Under the pieces are notes generated by a model. It searched no databases and had not been told where the DNA came from. It saw nothing but the letters and a program-made list of their open reading frames with translations. 64,000 nucleotides of DNA from Squalus acanthias (taxonomy: Eukaryota), in assembly GCA_030390025.1 (NCBI GenBank), contig JASTWF010000365.1, positions 124,001-188,000 of the forward strand, read 5' to 3'. The stretch's first letter is position 1. Each line of letters begins with the position of its first letter. Positions 1 to 15,100 of this stretch are shown piece after piece. The translations under genes and the position numbers were made by a program.

Positions 1-398
1 ATCTTATTGAAACATATAAGATACTGAGTGGGCTCGACAAGGTAGATGCAGAGAAGATGTTTCCCCTCATGGGGGAATCTAGAACTAGGGGGCATAGTTT
101 CAGAATAAGGGGTCGTCCATTTAAAACTGAGATGAGGAGGAATTTCTTCTCTCAGAGGGTCGTGAATCTTTGGAATTCTCTTCCCCAGAGAGCTGTGGAG
201 GCGGAGTCATTGAATATATTTAAGGTGGAGATAGACAGATTTTTGAACGATAAGGGAGTGAAGGGTTATGGGGAGCGGGCAGGGAAGTGGAGTTGAGGCC
301 AAGATCAGATCAGCCATGATCTCATTAAATGGCGGAGCAGGCTCGAGGGGCCAAATGGCCAACTCCTGCTCCTATTTCTTATGTTCTTATGTTCTTAT
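1..398 (+). mobile_element. CR1-clade LINE, 3' end (ORF2 C-terminus and 3' UTR)
   Basis: Translates to ...TRGHSFRI...RRNFFSQRVVNLWNSLP..., typical of the CR1 ORF2 C-terminus. Ends in a (TATGTTCT)n tail and is similar to 60060-60557. Confidence 0.92.
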
Positions 399-474
399 CA
401 CACTCCTGACTTGTACCTTGTAGATGGTGGAAAGGCTTTGGGGAGTCAGGAGGTGAGACACTCGCCGTAGAATA
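399..474 (-). mobile_element. Short LINE RT-region fragment
   Basis: Reverse strand reads RVSHLLTPQSLSTIYKVQVRS, resembling the post-RT region of CR1/L2-group ORF2. Confidence 0.5.
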
Positions 475-796
475 ACAATTAAGCACTAATTAATTGTCAT
501 CGGAATGGAATGGAGAGTATTGATGATTGACCTAAGCCACCTTGATAAGGACACAAGGAAATAGGAGAGTCTGGATTTGGATCTGCGGGGGAACTACCTG
601 TATTCTGTTTGAGATTTGTGGTTCATCCTATTTTGAGATGAACAGGAAGAATGTTGGCTCCTTCGAAATCCACATTTCTGGTCAAGTGTTGTTCTTGTTG
701 TTCCTCTGTGAAGAATGATTCCACCCTTGTTGATTATTTCCAGCCGGTTTGCCAATAAGTTGTTGAATTTAAATCTCGTTTTGGATTTTGCAATGT

Positions 797-1158
797 ACAG
801 AGAGAGAGAGAGAGACAGATACAGAATAGGGAGAGAGAGATAAAGAATAGAGAGAGAGAGATACAGAATAGAAAGAGAGATAGAGAGAGAGAGAGATACA
901 GAATAGAGAGAGAGATAGACAGAGAGAGAGATACAGAATAGAGAGAGAGATAGATAGGGAGAGAAATACAGAATAGAAAGAGAGATAGATAGAGAGAGAG
1001 ATACAGAATAGAAAGAGAGAGAGATACAGAATAGAGAGAGAGAGAGATACAGAATAGAGAGAGAGAGAGATACAGAATAGAGAGAGAGAGATGCAGAATA
1101 GAGAGAGAGAGATGCAGAATAGAGAGAGAATGATACAGATACAGAAAGTTAGAGACAC
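797..1158. repeat. (AG)n / ATACAGAATAG compound microsatellite
   Basis: Directly visible. Confidence 0.95.
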
Positions 1159-1234
1159 ATGAGAAGGGTTTCAGGAGAGTGGAAGTAAAGTGGTTTAGGA
1201 GAGTGGGAGGAGGTTTTGGGGTTCATGAGAAGGG

Positions 1235-2950
1235 ATGAAGTGGCCCCGTCTCCCTGTTCAGGGGGGATGTTAAACCGAGGCCCCGTCTCCCTGTTCAGGG
1301 GGGATGTTAATCCGAGGCCCGTCTCCCTGTTCCGGGGGGATGTTAAACCGATGCCCCGTCTCCCTGTTCCGGGGGGATGTCAAACCGAGGCCCCGTCTCT
1401 CTGTTCAGGGGATGTTAAACCGAGGCCCCGTCTCCCTGTTCAGGGGATGTTAAACCAAGGCCCCGTCTCCCTGTTCAGGGGATGTTAAACCGAGGGCCCG
1501 TCTCCCTGTTCCGGGGGGATGTCAAACCGAGGCCCCGTCTCTCTGTTCAGGGTGGATGTTAAACCGAGGCCCCGTCTCCCTGTTCAGGGGATGTTAAACC
1601 GAGGGCCCGTCTCCCTGTTCAGGGGAATGTTAAACCGAGGTCCCGTCTCCCTGTTCAGGGGGGATGTTAAACCGAGGGCCCGTCTCCCTGTTCAGGGGGG
1701 ATGTTAAACTGAGTCCCCGTCTCCTTGTTCAGGGGGGATGTTAAACCGAGGCCTGTCTCCCTGTTCAGGGGGGATGTTAAACCGAGGCCCCGTCTCCCTG
1801 TTCAGGGGGGATGTTAAACCGAGGTCCCTTCTCCCTGTTCAGGGAGGATGGTAAACCGAGACCCCGTCTCCCTGTTCAGGGGGGATATTAAACCGAGGCC
1901 CCGTCTCCCTGTTCAGGGGGGATGTTAAGCCGAGGTCCCGTCTCCCTGTTCAGGGGAGATGGTAAACCTAGACCCCGTCTCCCTGTTCAGGGGATGTTAA
2001 ACCGAGGCCCCGTCTCTCTGTTCAGGGGGCATGTTAAACCAAGGCCCCGTCTCCCTTTTCAGAGGGGATGTTAAACCGAGGCCCTGTCTCCCTGTGCAGG
2101 GGGGATGTCAAACCGAGGCCCCGTCTCCCTGTTCAGGGGGATGTTAAACCGAGGCCCCATCACCCTGTTCAGGGGATGTTAAACCAAGGCCTCGTCTCCC
2201 TGTTCAGGGGGATGTTAAACTGAGGCCCCGTCTCCCTGTTGAGGGGATGTTAAACCGAGGCCCCGTTTCCCTGTTCAGGGGCATGTTAAACCGAGGCCCC
2301 GTCTCCCTGTTCAGGGGGATGTTAAACCGAGGCACTGTCTCCCTGTTGAGGGTGGATGTTAAACCGAGGCCCCGTCTCCCTGTTCAGGGGAGATGTTAAA
2401 CCGAGGCCCGTCTCCCAGTTTAGGGGGGGATGTTAAACCGAGGCACCGTCTCCCTGATCAGGGGGGACGTTAAACCGAGGCCCCGTCTCCCTGTTCAGGG
2501 GGGATGTTAAACCGAGGCCCCGTCTCCCTGTTCAGGGGCGATGTTAAACCGAGGCCCCGTCTCCCTGTTCAGGGGATGTTAAACCGAGGCCCCGTCTCCC
2601 TGTTCAGGGGGGATATTAAACCGAGGCCCAGTCTCCCTGTTCAGGGGGATGTTAAACCGAGGCCCCGTCTCCCTGTTCAGGGGGATGTTAAACCGAGGCC
2701 CCGTCTCCCTGTTCACGGGGATGTTAAACCGAGGCCCCGTCTCCCTGTTCAGGGGGGATGTTAAACCGAGGCCCCGTCTCCCTGTACAGGGGGGGATGTT
2801 TAACCGAGGCCCCGTCTCCCTGTTCAGGGGGGATGTTAAACCGAGGCCCCGTCTCCCTGTTCTGGGGGGATGTTAAACCGAGGCCCCGTCTCCCTGTTTA
2901 GGGGGGGATGTTAAACTGAGGCCCTGTCTCCCTGTTCAAGGTGGAACGTT
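1235..2950 (+). repeat. 35-38 bp minisatellite GATGTTAAACCGAGGCCCCGTCTCCCTGTTCAGGGG(G)
   Basis: About 45 tandem copies with a variable G run. The unit resembles the SINE core at 11107-11145. Confidence 0.95.
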
Positions 2951-3004
2951 AAACAGTGTCCCTGTTTCCCAGTGCAGGAGAGATATTAAACCCATTACCA
3001 AGGT

Positions 3005-6000
3005 CAGAGAACACACAGCATCAACACTCCCGAGTTCAGTGAACACACAGCGCTCACACTCGCGAGTTCAGAGAACGCACAGCACTCACACTCCCGAGTT
3101 CAGAGAACGCACAGCGCTCACACTCCCGAGTTCAGACAACGCTCAGTGCTCACACTCCCGAGTTCAGAGAACGCAGAGCGCCAACACTCCCGAGTTCAGT
3201 GAACACACAGCGCTCACACTACTGATTTCACAGAACACACAGCGCTCACACTACTGATTTCAGTGAACACACAGCGCTCACACTACTGATTTCAGTGAAC
3301 ACACAGCGCTCACACTACTGATTTCAGTGAACACACAGCGCTCACACTACTGATTCCACAGAACACACAGCGCTCACACTACTGATTTCAGTGAACACAC
3401 AGCGCTCACACTACTGATTTCAGTGAACACACAGCGCTCACACTACTGATTTCACAGAACACACAGCGCTCACAATACTGATTCCACAGAACACACAGCG
3501 CTCACACTACTGATTTCAGTGAACACACAGCGCTCACACTACTGATTCCACAGAACACACAGCACTCACACTGCTGATTTCAGAGAACACACAGTGCTCA
3601 CACTACTGATTTCACAGAACACACAGCACTCACACTGCTGATTTCAGTGAACACACAGCGCTCACACTGCTGATTTCAGAGAACGCACAGCGCTCACACT
3701 ACTGATTTCAGTGAACACACAGCGCTCACACTACTGATTTCAGTGAACACACAGCGCTCACACTGCTGATTTCAGAGAACACACAGCGCTCACACTACTG
3801 ATTTCAGTGAACACACAGCGCTCACACTACTGATTTCAGTGAACACACAGCGCTCACACTGCTGATTTCAGAGAACACACAGCACTCAAACTACTGATTT
3901 CAGTGAACACACAGCGCTCACACTACTGATTTCAGAGAACACACAGCGCTCACACTACTGATTTCAGTGAACACACAGCGCTCACACTGCTGATTTCAGT
4001 GAACACACAGCGCTCACACTACTGATTTCACAGAACACACAGCGCTCACACTACTGATTTCAGTGAACACACAGCACTCACACTACTGATTTGACAGATC
4101 ACACAGCGCTCACACTACTGATTTCACAGAACACACAGCGCTCACACTACTGACTTCAGTGAACACACAGCGCTCACACTACTGATTTCATAGAACACAC
4201 AGCGCTCACACTACTGATTTCAGTGAACACAGAGCGCTCACACTCCTGATTTCACAGAACACACAGCGCTCACACTACTGATTTCAGTGAACACACAGCG
4301 CTCACACTCCTGATTTCACAGAACACACAGCGCTCACACTACTGATTTCACAGAACACACAGCGCTCACACTACTGATTTCACAGAACACACAGCGCTCA
4401 CACTACTGATTTCAGTGAACACACAGCGCTCACACTACTGATTCCACAGAACACACAGCGCTCACACTACTGATTTCAGTGAACACACAGCGCTCACACT
4501 ACTGATTCCACAGAACACACAGCGCTCACACTACTGAATTCAGTGAACACACAGCGCTCACACTACTGATTTCAGTGAACACACAGCGCTCACACTACTG
4601 ATTCCACAGAACACACAGCGCTCACACTACTGATTTCAGTGAACACACAGCGCTCACACTACTGATTCCACAGAACACACAGCGCTCACACTGCTGATTT
4701 CAGAGAACACACAGCGCTCACACTACTGATTCCACAGAACACACAGCGCTCACACTACTGATTCCACAGAACACACAGCGCTCACACTACTGATTTCAGT
4801 GAACACACAGCGCTCACACTACTGATTTCAGTGAACACACAGCGCTCACACTGCTGATTTCAGAGAACACACAGCGCTCACACTACTGATTTCAGTGAAC
4901 ACACAGCGCTCACACTACTGATTTCAGTGAACACACAGCGCTCACACTGCTGATTTCAGAGAACACACAGCGCTCACACTACTGATTTCACAGAACACAC
5001 AGCACTCACACTACTGATTTCAGTGAACACACAGCGCTCACACTACTGATTTCACAGAACACACAGCGCTCACACTTCTGATTTCAGTGAACACACAGCA
5101 CTCACACTACTGATTTGACAGATCACACAGCGCTCACACTACTGATTTCACAGAACACACAGCACTCACACTACTGACTTCAGTGAACACACAGCGCTCA
5201 CACTACTGATTTCACAGAACACACAGCGCTCACACTACTGATTTCAGTGAACACACAGCGCTCACACTCCTGATTTCAGAGAACACACAGCGCTCACACT
5301 ACTGATTTCAGTGAACACACAGCGCTCACACTCCTGATTTCACAGAACACACAGCGCTCACACTACTGATTTCACAGAACACACAGCGCTCACACTACTG
5401 ATTTCACAGAACACACAGCGCTCACACTACTGATTTCAGTGAACACACAGCGCTCAAACTACTGATTCCACAGAACACACAGCGCTCACACTACTGATTT
5501 CAGTGAACACACAGCGCTCACACTACTGATTTCAGTGAACACACAGCGCTCACACTACTGATTCCACAGAACACACAGCGCTCACACTGCTGATTTCAGA
5601 GAACACACAGCGCTCACACTACTGATTCCACAGAACACACAGCGCTCACACTACTGATTCCACAGAACACACAGCGCTCACACTACTGATTTCAGTGAAC
5701 ACACAGCGCTCACACTACTGATTCCACAGAACACACAGCGCTCACACTGCTGATTTCAGAGAACGCACAGCGCTCACACTACTGATTTCAGTGAACACAC
5801 AGCGCTCACACTACTGATTTCAGTGAACACACAGCGCTCACACTGCTGATTTCAGAGAACACACAGCGCTCACACTACTGATTTCAGTGAACACACAGCG
5901 CTCACACTGCTGATTTCAGAGAACACACAGCGCTCACACTACTGATTTCAGAGAACACACAGCGCTCACACTACTGATTTCAGTGAACACACAGCACTCA

Positions 6001-8611
6001 CACTACTGATTTCAGTGAACACACAGCACTCACACTACTGATTCCACAGAACACACAGCGCTCACACTGCTGATTTCAGAGAACGCACAGCGCTCACACT
6101 ACTGATTCCACAGAACACACAGCGCTCACACTGCTGATTTCAGAGAACACACAGCGCTCACACTACTGATTTCACAGAACACACAGCGCTCACACTACTG
6201 ATTTCAGTGAACACACAGCGCTCACACTACTGATTTCAGTGAACACACAGCGCTCACACTACTGATTCCACAGAACACACAGCGCTCACACTGCTGATTT
6301 CAGAGAACGCACAGCGCTCACACTACTGATTTCAGTGAACACACAGCGCTCACACTACTGATTTCAGTGAACACACAGCGCTCACACTGCTGATTTCAGA
6401 GAACACACAGCGCTCACACTACTGATTTCACAGAACACACAGCACTCACACTACTGATTTCAGTGAACACACAGCGCTCACACTCCTGATTTCACAGAAC
6501 ACACAGCGCTCACACTCCTGATTTCACAGAACACACAGCGCTCACACTACTGATTTCAGTGAACACACAGCGCTCACACTCCTGATTTCACAGAACACAC
6601 AGCGCTCACACTACTGATTTCACAGAACACACAGCGCTCACACTACTGATTTCACAGAACACACAGCGCTCACACTACTGATTTCAGTGAACACACAGCG
6701 CTCACACTACTGATTCCACAGAACACACAGCGCTCACACTACTGATTTCAGTGAACACACAGCGCTCACACTACTGATTCCACAGAACACACAGCGCTCA
6801 CACTGCTGATTTCAGAGAACACACAGCGCTCACACTACTGATTCCACAGAACACACAGCGCTCACACTACTGATTTCACAGAACACACAGCGCTCACACT
6901 ACTGATTTCAGTGAACACACAGCACTCACACTACTGATTTGACAGATCACACAGCGCTCACACTACTGATTTCACAGAACACACAGCACTCACACTACTG
7001 ACTTCAGTGAACACACAGCGCTCACACTACTGATTTCACAGAACACACAGCGCTCACACTACTGATTTCAGTGAACACACAGCGCTCACACTCCTGATTT
7101 CACAGAACACACAGCGCTCACACTACTGATTTCAGTGAACACACAGCGCTCACACTACTGATTTCACAGAACACACAGCGCTCACACTACTGATTTCACA
7201 GAACACACAGCGCTCACACTACTGATTTCAGTGAACACACAGCGCTCAAACTACTGATTCCACAGAACACACAGCGCTCACACTACTGATTTCAGTGAAC
7301 ACACAGCGCTCACACTACTGATTTCAGTGAACACACAGCGCTCACACTACTGATTCCACAGAACACACAGCGCTCACACTGCTGATTTCAGAGAACACAC
7401 AGCGCTCACACTACTGATTCCACAGAACACACAGCGCTCACACTGCTGATTTCAGAGAACACACAGCACTCACACTACTGATTCCACAGAACACACAGCG
7501 CTCACACTGCTGATTTCAGAGAACACACAGCACTCACACTACTGATTCCACAGAACACACAGCGCTCACACTGCTGATTTCAGAGAACACACAGCACTCA
7601 CACTACTGATTCCACAGAACACACAGCACTCACACTACTGATTCCACAGAACACACAGCGCTCACACTACTGATTCCACAGAACACACAGCGCTCACACT
7701 ACTGATTTCAGTGAACACACAGCGCTCACACTACTGATTCCACAGAACACACAGCGCTCACACTGCTGATTTCAGAGAACGCACAGCGCTCACACTACTG
7801 ATTTCAGTGAACACACAGCGCTCACACTACTGATTTCAGTGAACACACAGCGCTCACACTGCTGATTTCAGAGAACGCACAGCGCTCACACTACTGATTC
7901 CACAGAACACACAGCGCTCACACTGCTGATTTCAGAGAACACACAGCGCTCACACTACTGATTTCACAGAACACACAGCGCTCACACTACTGATTTCAGT
8001 GAACACACAGCGCTCACACTACTGATTTCAGTGAACACACAGCGCTCACACTACTGATTTCACCGAACACACAGCGCTCACACTACTGATTTCAGTGAAC
8101 ACACAGCGCTCACACTACTGATTTCAGAGAACACACAGCGCTCACACTACTGATTTCAGTGAACACACAGCACTCACACTACTGATTTCAGAGAACACAC
8201 AGCGCTCACACTACTGATTTCAGAGAACACACAGCGCTCACACTACTGATTTCAGTGAACACACAGCGCTCACACTACTGATTTCAGTGAACACACAGCG
8301 CTCACACTACTGATTTCAGAGAACACACAGCACTCACACTACTGATTTCAGTGAACACACAGCACTCACACTACTGATTTCAGAGAACACACAGCGCTCA
8401 CACTACTGATTTCAGAGAACACACAGCGCTCACACTACTGATTTCAGAGAACACACAGCGCTCACACTACTGATTTCAGAGAACACACAGCGCTCACACT
8501 ACTGATTTCAGAGAACACACAGCACTCACACTACTGATTTCAGAGAACACACAGCGCTCACACTTCTGATTTCAGAGAACACACAGCGCTCACACTACTG
8601 ATTTCAGAGAA
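3005..8611 (+). repeat. 32-bp minisatellite GAACACACAGCGCTCACACTACTGATTTCA(GT/CA/GA), about 175 copies
   Basis: Directly visible, highly homogeneous 5.6-kb array. Confidence 0.97.
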
Positions 8612-9097
8612 TGCAGGGCACAATTCAGTATTTGCATCGTACAGAAGCTAAGTGTCTTTCTCGGTAGTGAATGGTCCCTGTGTTCTCCTGGGCTGGTTAC
8701 ATCCCTTGAGGGAGTCGACGAGGAACGGTCGAGAGTCATTTCTTTTCCTTATTGGCGGTGTTTTTTTTGTTGCCTGTTTTATTGCCTCTCCCAGGATATT
8801 GCATGCCTGTCGGGTGGGTTGGGGAATAGGGGGCTGGGCTCGGCTCGGCGAAGGAGTCTTTAGCCATGATGGACGAGCCATGTGTGGGGCAGGCGTGACG
8901 GATGTTGGCTGCAAGAGGCAGGAGGAACCTTGCTTCAAAGGGTTAATCAGCCCTGTCACAGCACGAAAAGGAGAAGTACAGAATGCACAGCGGAAGTGCG
9001 ATGATTAATTGTTTTCTTGGTAACTTTGGGCGGTGTTTGTGTCGACAGGGAAGTGTCTCAGAGCACACAGTCAGAACTGACCTGATCACCGAGGATT

Positions 9098-9161
9098 ATG
9101 TCGCGGGGAAAAGGCAAAACGTTCTTCGCAATCCTCGCTTTCTGCACGGTGCTTGCTGAAG
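9098..9161 (+). CDS. LU gene exon 1, signal peptide MSRGKGKTFFAILAFCTVLAE
   Basis: ATG, basic N-region, hydrophobic core, donor G|GTACGA. Confidence 0.85.
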
Positions 9162-12100
9162 GTACGATTACCTGTAGTTTACAAACTTTTTATATCGTCA
9201 ATCGGGAAAGATATTTAGACACCAGCTGGTCTCCTGTAACATTACACAGCATTACAGAGGAGCAGGGAGCTCTCCCCCGGTGTCCTGGGGCCAATATTTA
9301 TCCCTCAAAGCAACCCCACGAAAGACAGATGATCTGGTCATTATCGCATTGCTGTGTGTGGGAGCTTGCTGTGCGCCAATTGGCTGCCACGTTTCCTACA
9401 TGACAACAGTGGCTACAATTCAAAAGCAGTCCATCGGCTGGGAGGCGCTCTGGGATGGCCCTGAGGTGGTGAAAGGTGCTGGAGAAATGCGAGTCTTTCT
9501 CTCATTCTTTACATAGTATTTACCCCACAGAAACAGGCCACCCAGCCCGACTGCCCCCGACTTCACCTCACCCCAGCATCGTCTCCTTCTGTTCCTTTCT
9601 CCCTGGTTTGCCGATCTCTTCGTGTGGCTCGGTGTCTGAGCGGACTCCTCCTGTGCGGTACGAGCTTACCCCCTCTTCCCTCCCTCCCTCCGCGGGTGCA
9701 GGGATTGCAGAGCCAGCCCGACAGTCTCGGGTTCTCTACAGGTGGCCCGTGATCCTGGGGCAGGAGGGCTCCGTAAAGCGAGAGGTTTATTGTTGCTGAA
9801 TTCAGCGCAGAATTCTTAAGGTGACTCAATGTGGTGCATTGTTTCTCTCCCCTGCAGTGAGCTCTCTGACCTGTTACCAATGTAACGCCCTTTCCGGTCA
9901 CTGTGAGCCCCAAAGAATAATCTGCAAACCAGACATCACCACCTGCAGGACCATTTCATCGAAGCAAGTTGTCGGTAACAATTCCTCTTTTTTCGCCAAC
10001 ATTTTCTATTGTTCGTTCTTTCTTTCTGTCTTTCTTTCTTTCTCCCTCTCTCTCTCTCTGAATCAGCAGGTTGTGGGTTCAAGCACCACTCCAGGAACTT
10101 TAGCACAAAAAGCTAGGCTGACACTCCAATGCAGTACTGAGGGAGCGCCGGACTGTCGGAGGGGCAGTACTGAGGGAGCGCCGGACTGTCGGAGGGGCAG
10201 TACTGAGGGAGCACCGCACTGTCGGAGGGTCAGTACTGAGGGAGCGCTGCACTGTTGGAGGGGCAGTACTGAGGGAGTGCCGCACTGTCGGAGCGCCAGT
10301 ACTGAGGGAGCGCCGCACTGTCGGAGGGTCAGTACTGAGGGAGCGCCGCACTGTCGGAGGGGCAGTACTGAGGGAGCGCTGCACTGTCGGTGCGCCAGTA
10401 CTGAGGGAGCGCCGCACTGTCGGAGGGTCAGTACTGAGGGAGCGCCGCACTGTCGGAGGGGCAGTATTGAGGGAGCGCCGCACTGTCGGAGGGGCAGTAC
10501 TGAGGGAGCGCCGCACTGACGGAGGGGCAGTACTGAGGGAGCGCTGCACTGTCAGAGGGTCAGTACTGAGGGAGCGCTGCACTGTCGGAGCGCCAGTACT
10601 GAGGGAGCGCCTGTCGGAGGGTGGAGCGCCAGTACTGAGGGAGCGCCGCACTGTCGGAGGGGCAGTACTGAGGGAGTGCCGCACTGTCGGAGGGGCAGTA
10701 CTGAGGTAGCGCTGCACTGTCGGAGCGCCAGTACTGAGGGAGCGCCGCACTGTCGGAGGGTCAGTACTGAGGGAGCGCCGCACTGTCGGAGGGGCAGTAT
10801 TGAGGTAGCGCCGCACTGTCGGAGGGGCAGTACTGAGGGAGCGCCGCACTGACGGAGGGGCAGTACTGAGGGAGCGCTGCACTGTTGGAGGGTTAGTACT
10901 GAGGGAGCGCTGCACTGTCAGAGGGGCAGTACTGAGGGAGCGCCGCACTGTCGGAGAGGTAGTACTGAGGGAGCGCCGCACTGTCGGAGGGGTAGTACTG
11001 AGGGAGCGCTGCACTGTCGGAGGGGTAGTACTGAGGGAGCGCTGCACGGTCGGAGGGGCAGTACTGAGGGAGCGCCGCACTGTCAGAGGTGCCGTCTTTC
11101 GGATGAGACGTTAACCTGAGGCCCTGTCTGCTCTCTGAGGTGAACGTAAAAGATCCCAAAAGCACTATTTCGAAGAAGAGCAGGGGAGTTATCCCCGGTG
11201 TTCTGGGGCCAAAATTTATCCCTCAACCAACATAACAAAAACAGATTATCTGGTCATTTATCACTTTGTTGTTTGTGGGAGCTTGCTGTGTGCAAATTGG
11301 CTGCCGCGTTTCCCACATTACGACAGTGACTCCACTTCAAAAAGTACTTCATTGGCTGTAAAGCGCTTTGGGACGTCCGGTGGTCATGAAAGGCGCTATA
11401 TAAATGCAAGTCTTTGTTTTCCTTTCTTTATCTCTTTCTCTCTCTGTTACTCGCTCTTCTCTCTTTTTCTTTCTTTCTCGCTTTCTTTCTTTCTAATTTT
11501 CTCTCTTTATTTCTCTCTTTCTCTCTCACTTTCTTCCTTTCCTTCCTTGTTCCAAAGCAGAAAGTGTGAAATCCCAGCTCTGACCTGTGTTTGTTTTCAG
11601 CTGGAGTGACCAGTAGTCGGATTAGTAATTCCTGTGGGCCGTGCTCTGAACCCATATATTTTAGCACTGGAGTTGTGTCCGTCTCCAAGATCAGCAGGTG
11701 CTGTGACTCTGATCTCTGTAATAATCAGACGGTTGCAGGTAAGGTTACAGAGCGGGATAATCCGATTCGAATCCGATCAATTCACTTGATGCTGAGTCTG
11801 TTCCATTATCATCCCTTATGATGATCCCAAAATGCTCTCTCAACACTGACCCATCAAACACTCCCAGGGCAGATACAGCACGGATTAGATACAGCGTAAA
11901 GCTCCCTCTACACTGCCCATCAAACACTCCCAGGGCAGGTACAGCACAGGTTAGATACAGAGTAAAGCTCCCTCTACACTGTCCCATCAAACACTCCCAG
12001 GGCAGGTACAGCACGGGGTTAGATACAGAGTAAAGCTCCCTCTACACTGTCCCATCAAACACTCCCAGGGCAGGTACAGCACAGGTTAGATACAGAGTAA

Positions 12101-15100
12101 AGCTCCCTCTGCACCGTCCCATCAAACACTCCCAGGGCAGGTACAGCACGGGTCAGATACAGAGTAAAGCTCCCTCAACACTGTCCCAATCAAACACTCC
12201 CGGGGCAGGTACAGCACGGGTTAGATACAGAGTAAAGCTCCCCCTACACCGTCCCATCAAACACTCCCAGGGCAAGTACAGCACGGGTTCGATACACAGT
12301 AAAGCTCCCTCTACACTGTCCCATCAAACACTCCCAGGGCAGGTGCAGCACAGGTTAGATACAGAGTAAAGCTCCCTCTACACTGTCCCATCAAACACTC
12401 CCAGGGCAGGTACAGCACGGGTTAGATACAGTGTAAAGCTCCCTCTACACTGTCCCATCAAACACTCCCAGGGCAGGTACAGCACGGGATCGATACACAG
12501 TAAAGCTCCCTCTACACTGTCCCATCAAACACTCCCAGGGCAGGTACAGCACGGGTTAGATACAGAGTAAAGCTCCCTCTACACTGTCCCGTCAAACACT
12601 CCCAGGGCAGGTACAGCACGGGTTAGATACAGAGTAAAGCTCCCTCTACACTGTCCCATCAAACACTCCCAAGGCAGGTACAGCACGGGTTAGATACAGA
12701 GTAAAGCTCCCTCTACACTGCCCCATCAAACACTCCCAGGGCAGGTACAGCATGGGTTCAATACACAGGAAAGCTCCCTCTACACTGTCCCATCAAACAC
12801 TCCCAGGGCAGGTACAGCACGGGTTAGATACAGAGTAAAGCTCCATCTGCACTGTCCCATCAAACACTCCCAGCGCAGGTACAGCACGGGTTAGATACAC
12901 AGTAAAGCTCCCTCTGCACTGTCCCATCAAACACTCCCAGCGCAGGTACAGCACGGGTTAGATACACAGTAAAGCTCCCTCTACACTGTCCCATCAAACA
13001 CTCCCAGGGCAGATACAGCACGGGTTAGATACACAGTAAAGATCCCTCTACACTGTCCCATCAAACACTCCCAGGGCAGATACAGCACGGGTTAGATACA
13101 CAGTAAAGCTCCCTCTACACTGTCCCATCAAACACTCCCAGCGCAGGTACAGCACGGGTTAGATACAGAGTAAAGCTCCCTCTACACTGTCCCATCAAAC
13201 ACTCCCAGGGCAGGTACAGCACGGGTTAGATAGAGAGTAAAGCTCCCTCTACACTGTCCCATCAAACACTCCCAGGGCAGGTACAGCACGGGTTAGATAC
13301 ACAGTAAAGCTCCCTCTGCACTGTCCCATCAAACACTCCCAGGGCAGGTACAGCACGGGTTAGATACAGAGTAAAGCTCCCTCTACACTGTCCCCATCAA
13401 ACACTCCCAGCGCAGGTACAGCACGGGTTAGATACACAGTAAAGCTCCCTCTACTGTATTTCATTTGGTGGGGGAATTCAAGAGCAAGGGGTCAGTCAGA
13501 TAATTGGAGCTTTCAAGACTGAGATCGACAGATTGTTGATGGGTCAGGGTATCAAGGCATACTGAGCTAAGGTGGGTGAATAAGGAATAGATCACCTGCG
13601 ATCTAATTGAATGGTGGAACAGGCTCGAGGGGCTGAATGGCCTTCTCCTGTTGCAGAATTCAGGGCTGATTTCTAACCAAGACAATGAACCAGTTCAAAA
13701 ATAGCAAGCTCGTCTGTCTTCTTAAGGTGAAAAGAATCTCTCTTTCTGGTTTCCATTTCAGATGCGCCGAACACCACCCAGAGTGGATTGGAATGCAGAG
13801 GGTGTTTTAACAGCTCGGCCGATTCCTGCAGCGCTTCTGAAGAAACAGTGAAGTGCGTTGGCCTGGAGACTCGCTGCATGAATGTCTCAGGCCAGCAGGC
13901 TCTGAGTAGGTTGAATCTTCTGCCATGGTTGTGAGGCTTGAGTGATTCTTCGCACCTCAGTGTGTCAGCTGTGGCTGAGTGGGTAGCGCCCTCGCCTCTG
14001 GGTTAGAAGATTGTAGGTTCGCGTCTCACACTCCAGAGACTTGAGCCCCGTAAACCAGGCTGACACACCCAGTGCCAGTACTGAGGGAGCGCCGCACTGT
14101 CGGAGGGACAGTACTGAGGGAGTGCCGCACTGTCGGAGGGGCAGTACTGAGGGAGCGCCGCACTGTCGGAGGGAGAGTACTGAGGGAGCGCCGCACTGTC
14201 GGAGGGGCAGTACTGAGGGAGCGCCGCACTGTCGGAGGGGCAGTACTGAGGGAGTGCCGCACTGTCGGAGGGGCAGTACTGAGGGGCACTGCACTGTCGG
14301 AGGGTCAGTATTGAGGGAGCGCTGCACTGTCGGAGGGGCAGTACTGAGGGGCACTGCACTGTCGGAGGGGCAGTATTGAGGGAGCGCCGCACTGTCGGAG
14401 GGGCAGTACTGAGGGAGCGCCGCACTGTCGGAGGGAGAGTACTGAGGGAGCGCCGCACTGTCGGAGGGGCAGTACTGAGGGAGCGCCGCACTGTCGGAGG
14501 GAGAGTACTGAGGGAGTGCCGCACTATCGGAGGGGCAGTACTGAGGGGCGCCGCACTGTCGGAGGGGCAGTACTGAGGGAGCGCCGCACTGTCGGAGGGG
14601 CAGTACTGAGGGAGCGCCGCACTGTCGGAGGGGCAGTACTGAGGGACGCGCCGCACTGTCGAGGGGCAGTACTGAGAGGAGCGCCGCACTGGTCGGAGGG
14701 GCAGTACTGAGGGAGCGCCGCACTGTCGGAGGGGCAGTACTGAGGAGCGCCGCACTGTCGGAGGGGCAGTACTGAGGAGCAGCTGCACTGTCGGAGGGGC
14801 AGTACTGAGGGAGCCCTGCACTGTCGGAGGGGCAGTATGAGGGAGCGCTGCACTGTCGGAGGGGCAGTACTGAGGGGCACTGCACTGTCGGAGGGGCAGT
14901 ATTGAGGGGAGCGCAGCACTGTCGGAGGGGCAGTACTGAGGGAGCGCCTGCACTGTCGGAGGGAGCAGTACTGAGGGAGCGCCGCACTGTCGGAGGGGCA
15001 GTACTGAGGGAGCGCCGCACTGTCGGAGGGGCAGTACTGAAGGAGCGCTGCACTGTCGGAGGGGCAGTACTGAGGGAGCGCCGCACTGTCGGAGGGGCAG

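Noticed and set aside
3005..8611. CRISPR-like 32-bp periodicity
   Set aside because: Head-to-tail units without unique spacers, no cas genes, eukaryotic context.
8648..9008. ORFs upstream of exon 1
   Set aside because: No motif or splice support; probably promoter or 5' non-coding sequence.
13964..14040. tRNA gene
   Set aside because: tRNA-derived SINE head without a complete cloverleaf.
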